Counted from the stretch's first letter, positions 42,918-54,198 are shown. The stretch: DNA of 64,000 nt from Alphaproteobacteria bacterium (GCA_022599575.1 JAHZMA010000086.1:756-64755); one strand, 5' to 3'. Program-made: numbers and translations. Notes: a model not told the origin generated them from the sequence alone.

Positions 42918-44467
42918 GCAATCCTTACTATATCACCACCCCAATCTATTACGTCAATGATAAGCCGCATATTGGCCATGCCTATACCTCGCTTGCATGT
43001 GATGTAATGTGCCGCTTCCAAAAATTGGCAAGGCATGACACTTATTTTTTGACTGGCACTGATGAGCATGGTCAGAAAATTGAACAGGCGGCAGCTAAAA
43101 ACAACATTACTCCGCAACAGCTTGTTGATAGGTTTTCCCAAAATTTCAAGTGCTTAGCGAAGATATTTAACATTGAACATGATGATTTTATCCGCACCAC
43201 CGAACCGCGCCATAAGCAAGCAGTGCAGTTATTTTGGCAGAGATTGCAGGAAAGGCAAGCGATTTATCTGGATAAATATAGCGGTTGGTATGCCGTACGT
43301 GACGAGGCTTTTTACACTGATAAGCAAATTGAGACCACCGATAAGGGTGAGAAAGTGGCGATTGCCAGCGGTGCACCAGTGGAATGGGTGGAAGAGGAGA
43401 GTTATTTTTTCCGCTTGAGCGATTATCAGGAGCGGTTACTGCAATATTATCAAAATAATCCCGATTTTATCATGCCCAGCACAAGGCGTAACGAGGTGAC
43501 AAGCTTTGTAAAATCAGGCTTGAAAGATTTATCAATCTCGCGCACGTCATTTTCATGGGGCGTGCCTGTGCCGAATGATGATAAACATATCATGTATGTC
43601 TGGCTTGATGCTTTATTTAATTATGTCAGCGCGCTAGGTTATGGCACTGATGATGATGCGAATTATCAACGTTATTGGCCTGCCAATTTGCATATGGTCG
43701 GCAAAGATATTGTGATTTTTCATGCGGTGTATTGGCCTGCCATGCTGATGGCGGCTGAATTGCCCCTGCCAAAACGCATTTTCGCACATGGTTGGTGGAC
43801 GAATGAGGGGCAGAAAATCTCCAAATCACTTGGCAATGTGATTGACCCTTTGCAATTGCTAGAAACATATGGGCTAGACCAAACGCGTTATTTTCTGATG
43901 CGTGAGGTATCTTTTGGGCAAGATGGTGATTTTTCGCATGAAGCGATGGTGCGCCGTAGCAATAGCGACCTTGCCAATGATTTGGGCAATTTATGTCAAC
44001 GCAGTCTCACCATGCTGGTAAAACATTGCGATAGCGAAATAAAAATCGGTGATATTGGTGATGATGTGCTTGATAATGCGCTATTAGAACGAGCGCACAA
44101 CTTATATCAAGCGGTTTATGAAGAGATGCAGGAACAAGCCTTTCATAAAGCATTGGCAACAATCTTTGCTATGGTGAGCGAAACCAACCGTTACATTGAT
44201 TGCAAAGCGCCATGGGTATTGCGTAAAACCGACCTTGAACGCATGCAACAGGTGCTTTCAATCATTGCTGAGATTATCAGGCGGGTGGCAATATTATTGC
44301 AACCCTTCATGCCCGATGCGGCTGGTAAAATATTAGATATGCTGAATATCGCGCCCGATGCACGTGATTTTACAGCCTTTGATGAACAGCTAGCTGACGG
44401 GCATAGAATCAATCCGCCCGTGATTATTTTCCCGCGATTCGAGGCTGAAAATGCTCCAACTGAATGA
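42914..44467 (+). CDS. metG: Methionine--tRNA ligase
   Basis: YITTPIYYVN..PHIGH, TGTDEHG.KI, YVWLDAL, GKDI, KISKSLGN. Confidence 0.97.
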   Translation: MSNPYYITTPIYYVNDKPHIGHAYTSLACDVMCRFQKLARHDTYFLTGTDEHGQKIEQAAAKNNITPQQLVDRFSQNFKCLAKIFNIEHDDFIRTTEPRHKQAVQLFWQRLQERQAIYLDKYSGWYAVRDEAFYTDKQIETTDKGEKVAIASGAPVEWVEEESYFFRLSDYQERLLQYYQNNPDFIMPSTRRNEVTSFVKSGLKDLSISRTSFSWGVPVPNDDKHIMYVWLDALFNYVSALGYGTDDDANYQRYWPANLHMVGKDIVIFHAVYWPAMLMAAELPLPKRIFAHGWWTNEGQKISKSLGNVIDPLQLLETYGLDQTRYFLMREVSFGQDGDFSHEAMVRRSNSDLANDLGNLCQRSLTMLVKHCDSEIKIGDIGDDVLDNALLERAHNLYQAVYEEMQEQAFHKALATIFAMVSETNRYIDCKAPWVLRKTDLERMQQVLSIIAEIIRRVAILLQPFMPDAAGKILDMLNIAPDARDFTAFDEQLADGHRINPPVIIFPRFEAENAPTE

Positions 44468-45323
44468 TAGTCCCAAGCTGATAGATAGTCCCAAGCTAAT
44501 AGATAGTCCCAAGCTAATAGATAGTCATTGCCATCTTGATTATTATCACGATTCTGCCGAGACCGAAGCAGTGATTGCCCGCGCCTTTGCGGCTGATATT
44601 GGCATTATGCTATCAATCAGCGTTACATTGGGCAAGCACCCGAATATCATGCAGATTGTAGAAAAACATGATGATATTTACGCATCGGTGGGCTTGCATC
44701 CGTGCCATGTGCAAGATGAAGAGCTGAGCAGCAGTGCCGATTTAATTGCCATTGCCGCCCATAAAAAGGTGATTGCGATTGGTGAAAGTGGGCTAGATTA
44801 TTTCAAAAAACCTGTAGATGAAGCGCGCCAAAAGCAATCTTTTGCCGAACATATTAAAGCGGCACAACAAATGGGTTTGCCACTGATTGTGCATAACCGC
44901 GCTGCTGATGATGATGTGATGACTATGCTAGAACAAGCCTATAAAACCAAAGCCTTTCCATGTATCCTACATTGTTTTGCCGCCTCCGAACAAATGATGA
45001 AGCGGGCGGTGGCATTAGGGTTTTATATCTCGTTTTCAGGCATTATCACTTTCAAAAATAACGATGAATTACGACATATCGCAGCCCAAGTGCCACAAAA
45101 TTTACTGCTGATTGAAACTGATTCACCTTATTTGGCACCGCAAGCCATGCGTGGTAAACGCAACGAACCGCAATATATTCATCACACGGTGGAAATGCTT
45201 GCCGCACAACATGGTATGAGTAAGCTTGAGATGGTGGCGATAACATCAGCGAATTTTTTACATTTGATGCGTAAAATTCCACAAAACCTATATCAGAATA
45301 TCAGAGGCAGTGATGCCGCTTGA
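44451..45323 (+). CDS. TatD family hydrolase
   Basis: IDSHCHL, G.HP, IGE.GLDY, H.R.A, HCF, ETDSPYLAP...RGKRNEP. Confidence 0.93.
   Translation: MLQLNDSPKLIDSPKLIDSPKLIDSHCHLDYYHDSAETEAVIARAFAADIGIMLSISVTLGKHPNIMQIVEKHDDIYASVGLHPCHVQDEELSSSADLIAIAAHKKVIAIGESGLDYFKKPVDEARQKQSFAEHIKAAQQMGLPLIVHNRAADDDVMTMLEQAYKTKAFPCILHCFAASEQMMKRAVALGFYISFSGIITFKNNDELRHIAAQVPQNLLLIETDSPYLAPQAMRGKRNEPQYIHHTVEMLAAQHGMSKLEMVAITSANFLHLMRKIPQNLYQNIRGSDAA
44466..44526 (+). repeat. 18-bp tandem repeat, about 3.4 copies (DSPKLI)
   Basis: GATAGTCCCAAGCTGATA / GATAGTCCCAAGCTAATA / GATAGTCCCAAGCTAATA / GATAGTC. Confidence 0.95.
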
Positions 45324-46098
45324 GGTAACGGTGCTAGGTTGCGGCACATCAAGCGGTGTGCCAGTACCAGGTGTTATTGGTTGGGGCAAATGCGACCCGA
45401 CTAATCCTAAAAATAGGCGGATGCGCGTTTCAATTAAAGTCACTGATGGTGATACTTGTATCTGGGTTGATGCGGGTCCTGATTTACGCGAACAGCTATT
45501 ATTAAGCAATACGAATCATATTGATGGGCTGATTATCACCCACGCCCATGCTGACCATATTCATGGCATTGATGATTTACGCTGGATTAATAATAGTATG
45601 CGAAGCGATATTCCATGCTATAGCGATGCAAACACATTGCAACAACTTCATCAACGTTTTAACTATGCTATGACACCTGTTGAAGTGAGTGATAAGCCGT
45701 TTAATAAACCAGTTTTAACGCCACATACCATCGAATTTGGCAAGCCATTTTATATTAATGAGACCAAGATTTTACCCATCGAGCAGAATCACGGCTTTAG
45801 CACCAGTATGGGCTTAAGAATAGGTGATTTCGCCTATTGCACTGATGTGCTTGATTTTTCTGAACAAAGTTGGGCGATGTTGCAAGGGGTACGCTATTGG
45901 ATTATCGATTGTTTGGGCTATAATCCGCACCCCACCCATGCCCATTTGGATAGGGTATTGGAATGGGTGGAGATATTAAAGCCCGAACAGACATATTTTA
46001 CCCATATGAATGGTTCGTTAGATTATGATACTTTGTGCCAAAAATTGCCTGCACATATTCGTCCCGCTTATGATGGGCTTTGCTTTACAGTCGGCTAA
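45310..46098 (+). CDS. MBL-fold metallo-hydrolase (PhnP-like)
   Basis: LGCGTS.GVP, D.GPDLREQ, THAHADH.HGIDDLR, AY.TD, THM, AYDG. Confidence 0.92.
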   Translation: MMPLEVTVLGCGTSSGVPVPGVIGWGKCDPTNPKNRRMRVSIKVTDGDTCIWVDAGPDLREQLLLSNTNHIDGLIITHAHADHIHGIDDLRWINNSMRSDIPCYSDANTLQQLHQRFNYAMTPVEVSDKPFNKPVLTPHTIEFGKPFYINETKILPIEQNHGFSTSMGLRIGDFAYCTDVLDFSEQSWAMLQGVRYWIIDCLGYNPHPTHAHLDRVLEWVEILKPEQTYFTHMNGSLDYDTLCQKLPAHIRPAYDGLCFTVG

Positions 46099-46112
46099 GC
46101 CTGAATCACCGC

Positions 46113-48020
46113 TTAAGGATTGCCTTCTAATTGGCGAATAAGTTGTGTAAATAATGCTTGATTAATGCGTGGCTTATGCTTGATTCTTAAAGTGTTTTCA
46201 TAGCTTTGTTGAATAATGCTTTGATAACGCCCCTCAAAATTATCAGCAAATTGATTAAATTCTTCGGCAGAATCTGCATTTAATTGCGCGATATTTGTTT
46301 CATCTGGTATTGTGATATTTGTCACATTCACCAGATAATATATATCGCCCACTTGCCCATCAACGGCTTTATTTTGTGGCGTGACAAAGATTTTCTGCGT
46401 GAGGCTTGCATCAAAAACATCATTTTGGCGTGATAATCCGCTTTCACTTTGAATATTATAGGCGCCATTGCTTGCCAATGAAGAAAATGCCGCACCATCG
46501 GTAAGCCTTTGTTTTAATTCATCTATTATCTGCCTAGCAAGCATCTGCCTCTGCTGGCTCTCCCATTCGGTGCGTACCCTATTGGTGATCATATCAAATT
46601 CTGGGATAAAAGAAGTTGCGACATCTTGCACACGTATCAGGTAAAAGCCAGTCTGCCCAATGGTATAGACATAGCTTGTGGCATTTTTAATGGCATTAAA
46701 GGCTTCTTGAGTGAAATTGCGATCTGGCGGTAGGCGAGTGCCAACATTTGTGCCATCATTTGTGGTACCAAAATTACTAATGGCGGGAGTACGCCTGATT
46801 TGCTCATCGATAGATTCAGCAATTTCCTCTAAATCATTGCCACTGATGCTTAATTCTTCGGCCGCTGATAATTTTGTAATATAGGCATTAATGGCTTCAT
46901 CTTGAATAACTTGCGTGCGTATATCGGCACGTACAGAATCAAGCGGTTTCACCAATGCAGGCACTATCTCACCTAATAACACGATATAATAGCCTAGCTC
47001 ACCTTGCACGGGTTGCGACCATTGGGTGATATTATCTAACGCGAATACAGATTCCGCCAATGCAGAATCGACGATATTTTGCTGAATCGTAAGTTCATTA
47101 TCAATGATGGTGAGCGCTTGTTGGTCGGCAAGCCGTTTAAAATCACTTGCTTCCGTGATTTTATCGGTAAATGCTTGCGCTTCTACTGCATCACCAAAGC
47201 GGATAAATTGATAAGAACGCGTTTCAGCTTGTGAGTAGTTTGCGATATTTTCTTGATAATATTGTTCAAGCATCGCATTGGTTGGGCTAATCACTTTTTC
47301 TAAATCCGCCACTGTTACATAGATATATTCAATAACCCGTCGTTCAGGCTCACGAAAATTCTCTGTGTTGCTATCATAATAGCTTCTTAATGTGGCGTCA
47401 TCGGCATCATTTGGCAATGTTAAGTCATTCACTTCGATAGTGATATAGTCAACATTACGGCTTTCTTGACGATACAGATAACTAAAATCGCGAATAACTC
47501 CCGCCATTTGATGGCTTGACCATACTGCATCTTGCAAGGCGATAATCTGAAAGTCACTTTCCACCAACTCATAATATTCACTCACGCTAAGATTATTATA
47601 ATTGAGGGCACGTTTCATCACCACTGCCGAGAATTCTCCGTCTGGTCCTTGAAAAAATTCGGTATTACGCACCGCATCTTGCACCGCTTGCTGTGATGCG
47701 CGCAAACCAAGTGCATGGCTTTCCGCTTGAAATAATGCCCGATTCACCAAATCTTGTAAGGTTGTTTCAGGTAACCCATATTGCCTGATAAGGCTAGGGT
47801 CAAGCCCAGAATTGATTAAATTTTGTCTGCGTCCACTATATTGACGTTGAAAATGAATGCCAGAAACCGCCACATCGCCAACTTCAGCAACATTTTGCCC
47901 GCTCACCCGTTCGGTTAGAAGGTCAGATGTGCCCCATAGCGCGAATGATGCAATCAATAAGCCAAATAGCGCAATGCGAAAGATTAAAGATTTCATAAAT
48001 GAACGAAAAAGTGTAAGCAT
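46113..48020 (-). CDS. PpiD/SurA-like membrane-anchored periplasmic chaperone
   Basis: N-terminal TM LLIASFALWG, VA.VG...V, YY......F..PE.R...Y, degenerate rotamase region; 635 aa. Confidence 0.8.
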   Translation of the reverse strand: MLTLFRSFMKSLIFRIALFGLLIASFALWGTSDLLTERVSGQNVAEVGDVAVSGIHFQRQYSGRRQNLINSGLDPSLIRQYGLPETTLQDLVNRALFQAESHALGLRASQQAVQDAVRNTEFFQGPDGEFSAVVMKRALNYNNLSVSEYYELVESDFQIIALQDAVWSSHQMAGVIRDFSYLYRQESRNVDYITIEVNDLTLPNDADDATLRSYYDSNTENFREPERRVIEYIYVTVADLEKVISPTNAMLEQYYQENIANYSQAETRSYQFIRFGDAVEAQAFTDKITEASDFKRLADQQALTIIDNELTIQQNIVDSALAESVFALDNITQWSQPVQGELGYYIVLLGEIVPALVKPLDSVRADIRTQVIQDEAINAYITKLSAAEELSISGNDLEEIAESIDEQIRRTPAISNFGTTNDGTNVGTRLPPDRNFTQEAFNAIKNATSYVYTIGQTGFYLIRVQDVATSFIPEFDMITNRVRTEWESQQRQMLARQIIDELKQRLTDGAAFSSLASNGAYNIQSESGLSRQNDVFDASLTQKIFVTPQNKAVDGQVGDIYYLVNVTNITIPDETNIAQLNADSAEEFNQFADNFEGRYQSIIQQSYENTLRIKHKPRINQALFTQLIRQLEGNP

Positions 48021-48093
48021 CGTTAAATTTCCTGCAATGATTTGTTAAGCCATAAATTTTGAATTGGGCGCGATTATGCCCGATTCATTCACT

Positions 48094-48978
48094 TTATGCA
48101 AGACACAGAATTTTTTTAACGCGCTCAAGCATATTGGCTTGTGATACTGCCAAAAAACATTGTGAATGTTCTAGCGGGTTATAATCAGTTTTCGTGTTAT
48201 AGGCAGGGATATGGCAATAGGCACCGCCTGCTTCTTCTAATAATAGCTTGCCTGCCGCATGGTCCCATGGGTGTAAATTATGATATAAAGAAAAATGCCG
48301 TTTGCCTTGCGCCATCATGATAAAATCCATACCCGCACATTTTAAGCTAACCACTTCTTTCATGGCTTGCAAACGGGCATCAATATCTTTGTCACTATAG
48401 GGGGCATCATCATTTGCTAATTGATTGGTGGTTTTCTTTGCCATCAATTCACGGCGAACCAATTTAGAGTAATTGCCTATCATTGTTGATATATCAATAT
48501 TATCAGATGGTTGCACTGCTATTTTATTATTTGATTTCAAGTAAAACGCACCCTGTTCTTTAATGGCAACCGCCATATCGCGCTTATTAGAATCATACAG
48601 GCTAGAAAAAATAGTTTTGCCATTGTGAATTAGACTTATCATTGATGAAAACATCAGCACATGATTCGCAAAATTACGTGTGCCATCTAGCGGGTCCACC
48701 AACCATACATATTCGGACTGTTTGGCGCGTGTTAGCAAATCGGGCTGAGTTTCAACTATCTCTTCACCAACAAATAACGCATTTTTTATCAATGGCGCTA
48801 ATGCTTGACTAAGCGCATATTCAGCATCAATATCGATTTGCGTTACAATGTTTGTACCACCATTTTTATCAAAAATTTGGCTATCATTTAATTTGGTAAA
48901 GTTTGCCATACAATGGTTTTCAGCAATATCAAAGTGAAGAGTTGCAACCTTTTGGGCAAAATCATGTGAAATTTTCAT
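48094..48978 (-). CDS. Inositol monophosphatase family protein
   Basis: VT..D..AE, GEE, W.VDPLDGT.NF, PWD.AAG.L...EAGG. Confidence 0.92.
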   Translation of the reverse strand: MKISHDFAQKVATLHFDIAENHCMANFTKLNDSQIFDKNGGTNIVTQIDIDAEYALSQALAPLIKNALFVGEEIVETQPDLLTRAKQSEYVWLVDPLDGTRNFANHVLMFSSMISLIHNGKTIFSSLYDSNKRDMAVAIKEQGAFYLKSNNKIAVQPSDNIDISTMIGNYSKLVRRELMAKKTTNQLANDDAPYSDKDIDARLQAMKEVVSLKCAGMDFIMMAQGKRHFSLYHNLHPWDHAAGKLLLEEAGGAYCHIPAYNTKTDYNPLEHSQCFLAVSQANMLERVKKILCLA

Positions 48979-49079
48979 GGATTAACGCTTAAGAATCATA
49001 TAATATACTTTTAATTTGTAACAGACTATATTATAACAGTGCGTAAAGTAAATAGCTTTAGGCAAGTTAGAGGCATTTT

Positions 49080-49457
49080 ATGGAAAATATCCTATTAACA
49101 ATTCATTTGATTATCGCTGTCGTGTTGGTGGTGGTGATTTTATTACAAAAAAGTGAAGGTGGCGCACTTGGCATTGGTGGCGGCGGTGGTAGCAATCAGT
49201 TTGGGTTGTTTACGGCACGTGGCAGTGCCAATTTCTTGACGCGTACCACAGCAATTTTGGCAACTTTGTTTATTATGTCTAGCCTGTTGCTGACTGTTGT
49301 TGGGCGCGATAGTGCGGAAAATCAGTTGCTGGAACAGCTTGAATCGGACGGGGTGGAAATACCGCTGGTAACGCCGCTTGAAGAAATAGAATTAGTGCCA
49401 AATGCTGGTGATGCTGATGCCAATGCTGATGATAGCGCGATTCCACTGGCACAGTAG
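49080..49457 (+). CDS. secG: Preprotein translocase subunit SecG
   Basis: ILLQKSEGGALG.GGG, ARG.AN.LTR.T.ILA. Confidence 0.95.
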   Translation: MENILLTIHLIIAVVLVVVILLQKSEGGALGIGGGGGSNQFGLFTARGSANFLTRTTAILATLFIMSSLLLTVVGRDSAENQLLEQLESDGVEIPLVTPLEEIELVPNAGDADANADDSAIPLAQ

Positions 49458-49484
49458 CAAAAAAGAAACATAGCAAAATATCTT

Positions 49485-51173
49485 ATGGAAATCACACCCC
49501 CTCGTAATACCCGCTTTATTTTTGTAACGGGTGGGGTTGTCTCTTCATTAGGCAAAGGGGTAACAGCAGCTTCTATTGGTACATTATTACAGGCACATGG
49601 CTATAAGGTACGGCTTCGTAAATTAGACCCCTACTTAAATGTAGATGCTGGCACATTAAGTCCGTTCGAACATGGCGAGGTGTATGTGACCGATGATGGC
49701 GCAGAAACTGACCTTGATTTAGGGCATTATGAACGTTTTACTGGCGTAACCGCCACACGTAACGATAATATAACATCAGGACGCATTTACCAGAATATTA
49801 TCACCAAAGAACGGCAGGGTGATGTGTTTAACGGCGCAACAGTGCAGGTGGTGCCACATGTTATCAATGAAATTAAGCTATTTATCACGGGTAATCTTGA
49901 TGAAGAAGATTTTATCATTTGCGAAATTGGTGGCACAGTAGGCGATATTGAAAGTCTGCCTTTTTTAGAGGCGATACGGCAAGTGGGTAACGATATTCGT
50001 CGCGCCCGTTGTTTGTTTGTGCATGTAACATTATTGCCCTATATCACAGCGGCTGATGAGCTAAAAACCAAACCGAGTCAACATTCGGTTAAAGAGATAC
50101 TATCGTTAGGGATACAGCCTGATATGCTGGTATGCCGCACCGAACATGATATTCCAGCACGACAAAAGCGTAAATTAGCATTATTTTGCAATATGCCAGA
50201 AAACCGTCTGATTTCGGCAAAGGATTTGGATACGATTTACGCCAGCCCCGAAGCATTAAGCAAAGAAGGTTTAGATAGAGAAATTTTAGATTATTTTGCA
50301 TTGGGTAGCAATCAAGATAGTTACAATAGAGTAATGGGCAAATGGCAGAAGATTGTAACGGCTATCCGCGAGCCCGGTGGGGTGGTAAATATCGCCTGTG
50401 TTGGTAAATATATTGAATTAAGCGATGCCTATAAATCGCTGATTGCCGCATTAGAGCATGGCGGTATTGCCAATGGCGTGAAAGTAAATATTATTTGGGT
50501 TGATTCTGAAAGCATTGAAAATCTATCTGCTGATAAATTACGCAATAAATTCATTGATATGCACGGTATTTTAGTACCAGGTGGCTTTGGTGATAGGGGC
50601 AGTGAGGGCAAGATTGCCACCGCAAAATTCGCCCGTGAGCAAAATATCCCTTATTTTGGTATTTGCTTTGGTATGCAGATGGCGGTGATTGAATTTGCGC
50701 GCCATAAGGCTGGTATCAAAAACGCGCATTCTATGGAGTTTATGTTTGATTTACCCAATCCGCAGGATTATGTGCCGATTATAACGCATATGACACAATG
50801 GCAAAAGGGCGAAGCAGTGGAGACCCGAAAAGCAGGCAGTGATTGGGGGGGTACCATGCGCTTGGGCGCCTATGCTTGCATGTTGAAGAAGGAGTCGCTG
50901 GTGGGTGGCATTTATGGGCATAATGAGATAAGTGAGAGGCATCGTCATCGCTATGAGGTGGATATTGCCTATCGTGAGCCATTAGAACAAGCAGGTATGG
51001 TGTTTTCGGGGCTTTCACCTGATGGGAAATTGCCTGAAATTATTGAACTTCCATCACATTCATGGTTTGTTGGGGTGCAGTTTCACCCCGAATTACAATC
51101 GCGCCCATCAAGACCGCACCCCTTATTTGCGTCTTTCGTTAAGGCGGCGTTAAAACAATCGCGCATTGTTTAG
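49485..51173 (+). CDS. pyrG: CTP synthase
   Basis: [59 protein letters not shown]. Confidence 0.98.
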   Translation: MEITPPRNTRFIFVTGGVVSSLGKGVTAASIGTLLQAHGYKVRLRKLDPYLNVDAGTLSPFEHGEVYVTDDGAETDLDLGHYERFTGVTATRNDNITSGRIYQNIITKERQGDVFNGATVQVVPHVINEIKLFITGNLDEEDFIICEIGGTVGDIESLPFLEAIRQVGNDIRRARCLFVHVTLLPYITAADELKTKPSQHSVKEILSLGIQPDMLVCRTEHDIPARQKRKLALFCNMPENRLISAKDLDTIYASPEALSKEGLDREILDYFALGSNQDSYNRVMGKWQKIVTAIREPGGVVNIACVGKYIELSDAYKSLIAALEHGGIANGVKVNIIWVDSESIENLSADKLRNKFIDMHGILVPGGFGDRGSEGKIATAKFAREQNIPYFGICFGMQMAVIEFARHKAGIKNAHSMEFMFDLPNPQDYVPIITHMTQWQKGEAVETRKAGSDWGGTMRLGAYACMLKKESLVGGIYGHNEISERHRHRYEVDIAYREPLEQAGMVFSGLSPDGKLPEIIELPSHSWFVGVQFHPELQSRPSRPHPLFASFVKAALKQSRIV

Positions 51174-51188
51174 GAAATAGGTGGATTC

Positions 51189-52748
51189 GTGGCAGAGACA
51201 ATCCTTATTGTTGATTTTGGCTCACAAGTAACGCAACTGATTGCCAGAAGATTGCGTGAGTTAAAAATCTATTGCGAAATACATCCTTTTAATAAAGTAA
51301 ATCAAACTCTTATCAGCAATGTTGCACCTAAAGGTATCATTTTATCAGGTGGTCCAGATAGCCTAACACAGGCCGCATCACCGCGTGCTGATGAAGCGAT
51401 TTTCGCCAGTGGCTTGCCGATTTTAGGCATCTGCTATGGGCATCAACTATTATGCCAAGCATTGGGCGGTGTGGTAGAAAGCGGGTTAGAGCGTGAGTTT
51501 GGACGCGCCGCATTAACAATCAGTGATGCAAATTGTACGTTATTGGATAATATGCCAAGCAATTCACAAATATGGATGAGTCATGGCGATAGGGTAAGCA
51601 AATTGCCCGATGGTTTTGTAACGATTGCCATCAGCGAGAATGCGCCATACGCCGCCATTGCTGATGAAAGCCGCCGCTATTACGGGGTGCAGTTTCACCC
51701 CGAAGTGGCGCATAGTCTGCATGGCATCACATTATTAGAAAATTTTGCCCATAAGATTGCGGGTTGCAAGAAAATTTGGGATATGGCGAATTTCAGAGAA
51801 CAGATGATTGCTAAAATCCAGAAGCAGGCAGGTGAGGCGGGAACAGTGATTTGCGGCTTATCGGGCGGTGTTGATTCATCGGTGGCGGCAATTCTGGTGC
51901 ATCAGGCGATAGGTGATAGGCTGACTTGTATTTTTGTTGACCATGGTTTATTACGCGCAGGCGAGGCTGAACAGGTGGTGGCTTTGTTTAAGGAACATTA
52001 CGCTATTAATTTGATTCATTGCGATGAAAAAACACGCTTTATGGGTGCGTTACAAGGTAAAACTGACCCAGAAGAAAAGCGCAAAATTATCGGTAAATTA
52101 TTCATTGATGTGTTTCAAGAACAGGCAACCAATATAGGCGAGTCGGAATTTTTAGGGGCGCGGTTTTTAGTACAAGGCACACTCTATCCCGATGTGATTG
52201 AATCCGCGCCCGTTTATGGACCATCGCAGGTGATAAAATCGCATCATAATGTGGGTGGTTTGCCCGAAAAGATGAATCTCAAACTGATTGAACCCTTGCG
52301 CGATTTATTCAAAGACGAAGTGCGGGCATTGGGGCTGACATTAGGCTTGCCCGAAGCCATGATTGCGCGCCATCCTTTTCCCGGTCCAGGGCTTGCGATT
52401 CGCATACCGGGCGAGGTAACGGCTGAAAAATGCGACTTATTACGCAAAATCGATACAATTTACTTAAACGAGATTAAAAAAGCTGGGCTGTATGATGAAA
52501 TCTGGCAAGCTTTTGCGGTGTTACTACCCGTACGCGCGGTAGGGGTGATGGGCGATGCACGTTCGTACGAATATGCGGCATCTTTGCGCGCTGTTACCTC
52601 GCAAGATGGCATGACGGCCGATATTTATCCGTTTAAGCCTGAATTTCTGGCGCATTTGGGTACCAAGATTGTCAATGAAGTGAAGGGCGTCAACCGTATT
52701 TTATACGATATTACCAGCAAACCACCCGGCACTATCGAGTGGGAGTGA
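51189..52748 (+). CDS. guaA: GMP synthase (glutamine-hydrolysing)
   Basis: [61 protein letters not shown]. Confidence 0.98.
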   Translation: MAETILIVDFGSQVTQLIARRLRELKIYCEIHPFNKVNQTLISNVAPKGIILSGGPDSLTQAASPRADEAIFASGLPILGICYGHQLLCQALGGVVESGLEREFGRAALTISDANCTLLDNMPSNSQIWMSHGDRVSKLPDGFVTIAISENAPYAAIADESRRYYGVQFHPEVAHSLHGITLLENFAHKIAGCKKIWDMANFREQMIAKIQKQAGEAGTVICGLSGGVDSSVAAILVHQAIGDRLTCIFVDHGLLRAGEAEQVVALFKEHYAINLIHCDEKTRFMGALQGKTDPEEKRKIIGKLFIDVFQEQATNIGESEFLGARFLVQGTLYPDVIESAPVYGPSQVIKSHHNVGGLPEKMNLKLIEPLRDLFKDEVRALGLTLGLPEAMIARHPFPGPGLAIRIPGEVTAEKCDLLRKIDTIYLNEIKKAGLYDEIWQAFAVLLPVRAVGVMGDARSYEYAASLRAVTSQDGMTADIYPFKPEFLAHLGTKIVNEVKGVNRILYDITSKPPGTIEWE

Positions 52749-53335
52749 TGCTTGAAACTTACTTGCCTCTATGGGGCTTTATCGCGCTGATGATTGGCAC
52801 ACCTGGCCCTGCCAATATGTTGATGATGGCGGCAGGGGCGCAACATAATTACGTGAAATTATTGCCATTTTTAGCAGGATTGATGACGGGTAAATTGCTT
52901 CTGATTATTGCGATTGCGCTGGGGTTGGTCACGTTTTTATCCAATTATCCGCTTTTGCTGAATATTATCGCGCTATTATCGGCGTGCTATATGGTTTATC
53001 TGGCAGTGCAGGGTTGGACACCCAATAAAACTAACGCTGATGGCACTGTAAAAACCTATCGCTATCGGCAGGGGGTGATTGTACAACCGCTCAACCCTAA
53101 AGCATGGACGATGGTAACGCTTGCATTCGCGCAATTTGCGATTCATTACAATAGTGTTTTTGAGAAATATATTCTGGTGGCGATTAGCTTTTTGTTTGGT
53201 CAGCTTGTTTTTCATTCATTATGGTGCTTTGCAGGCATTTTATTGAAAAAGACAATATCAGAAAATATTTATGTGCATCGCGGCTTTATCTTGCTCACCA
53301 TTGCGGTTATTATCTGGGCTGTGTTATATAGATAG
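52748..53335 (+). CDS. LysE family translocator
   Basis: TPGP.N, Q.LNPKAW motifs, hydrophobic; TGATG overlap with the guaA stop. Confidence 0.85.
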   Translation: MLETYLPLWGFIALMIGTPGPANMLMMAAGAQHNYVKLLPFLAGLMTGKLLLIIAIALGLVTFLSNYPLLLNIIALLSACYMVYLAVQGWTPNKTNADGTVKTYRYRQGVIVQPLNPKAWTMVTLAFAQFAIHYNSVFEKYILVAISFLFGQLVFHSLWCFAGILLKKTISENIYVHRGFILLTIAVIIWAVLYR

Positions 53336-53346
53336 GGGAGTTATTA

Positions 53347-53952
53347 ATGCCTCAGATACAGATTATCCATGCAGTTAGCGCCCCTTTCAAAAAAATACTT
53401 TTTTTAGGATATGAAAGGGATAAAACAAGGCTAATCGATGCTTTGATTGAGTATAATTGCGATGTTCATTATGGCAATCAGCCGATAGATAGTGTCAATT
53501 ATGATTTGATTGTCAGTTTTGGTTACCGTCACATTTTCAAAAAAAGAGTGCTTGACGCATTAAATTGCCCGATTGTAAATTTACATATTTCCTATTTGCC
53601 ATTTAACAGAGGCGCACATCCTAATTTCTGGTCTTTTTATGAGGGAACGCAAAGTGGCGTTTCGATACATCTGATTGACAAGGGCGTTGATACTGGCCCA
53701 ATCATTTTTCAGAAAAAAGTTGATTTTATTGATGAGACTACCTTTGCCCAGACCTATCATAAGTTAATTAATGAAATTGAAGATTTATTTATTGCAAATA
53801 TTCAAGATATCATAGAATGTAATTGGGTTGAAAAACCGCAAATTGGCGATGGTAGCTTTCACCTTACAAAAGATTTGCCACAGCAATTTAGAGGTTGGGA
53901 TTGCGTTATCACTGATGAGATTAAACGCTTAAAAGCAATGAGAACAACATAA
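53347..53952 (+). CDS. Stand-alone formyltransferase (Formyl_trans_N domain)
   Basis: SFGYRHI, NLHISYLPFNRGAHPN, GVSIH.ID.GVDTGPI. Confidence 0.85.
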   Translation: MPQIQIIHAVSAPFKKILFLGYERDKTRLIDALIEYNCDVHYGNQPIDSVNYDLIVSFGYRHIFKKRVLDALNCPIVNLHISYLPFNRGAHPNFWSFYEGTQSGVSIHLIDKGVDTGPIIFQKKVDFIDETTFAQTYHKLINEIEDLFIANIQDIIECNWVEKPQIGDGSFHLTKDLPQQFRGWDCVITDEIKRLKAMRTT

Positions 53953-53964
53953 TAGGGAGTATAT

Positions 53965-54192
53965 ATGATGCTAAAACTTAAAACGGTGGATATCGTTAAA
54001 TGGTTCGCCACGTTGGTGCAGCTGGTAGGCTATGGCATGACAGGGCTTAATTATGTGCCTTATAATATTTATATGTTTTTTATCGGGATTTTTCTATGGT
54101 TTGCGGTGGGTGTGATGTGGAAAGATAAAGCCATTATGGTGGTGCATGTTGGCGCCTTTATCTCGCTTCTGGTAGGCTATTTAAACGCGTAA
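53965..54192 (+). CDS. Small membrane protein (possibly DUF6552-like)
   Basis: 75 aa, 2-3 TM helices, KW.A...Q..GY, P.NIY.F..G...W..VG..W.DKA; GGGAG RBS; family name from memory only. Confidence 0.6.
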   Translation: MMLKLKTVDIVKWFATLVQLVGYGMTGLNYVPYNIYMFFIGIFLWFAVGVMWKDKAIMVVHVGAFISLLVGYLNA

Positions 54193-54198
54193 CGTAAC

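Noticed and set aside
44466-44526. Tandem repeat as a CRISPR array
   Set aside because: Units are contiguous with no spacers, in frame within a CDS, and no cas genes are present
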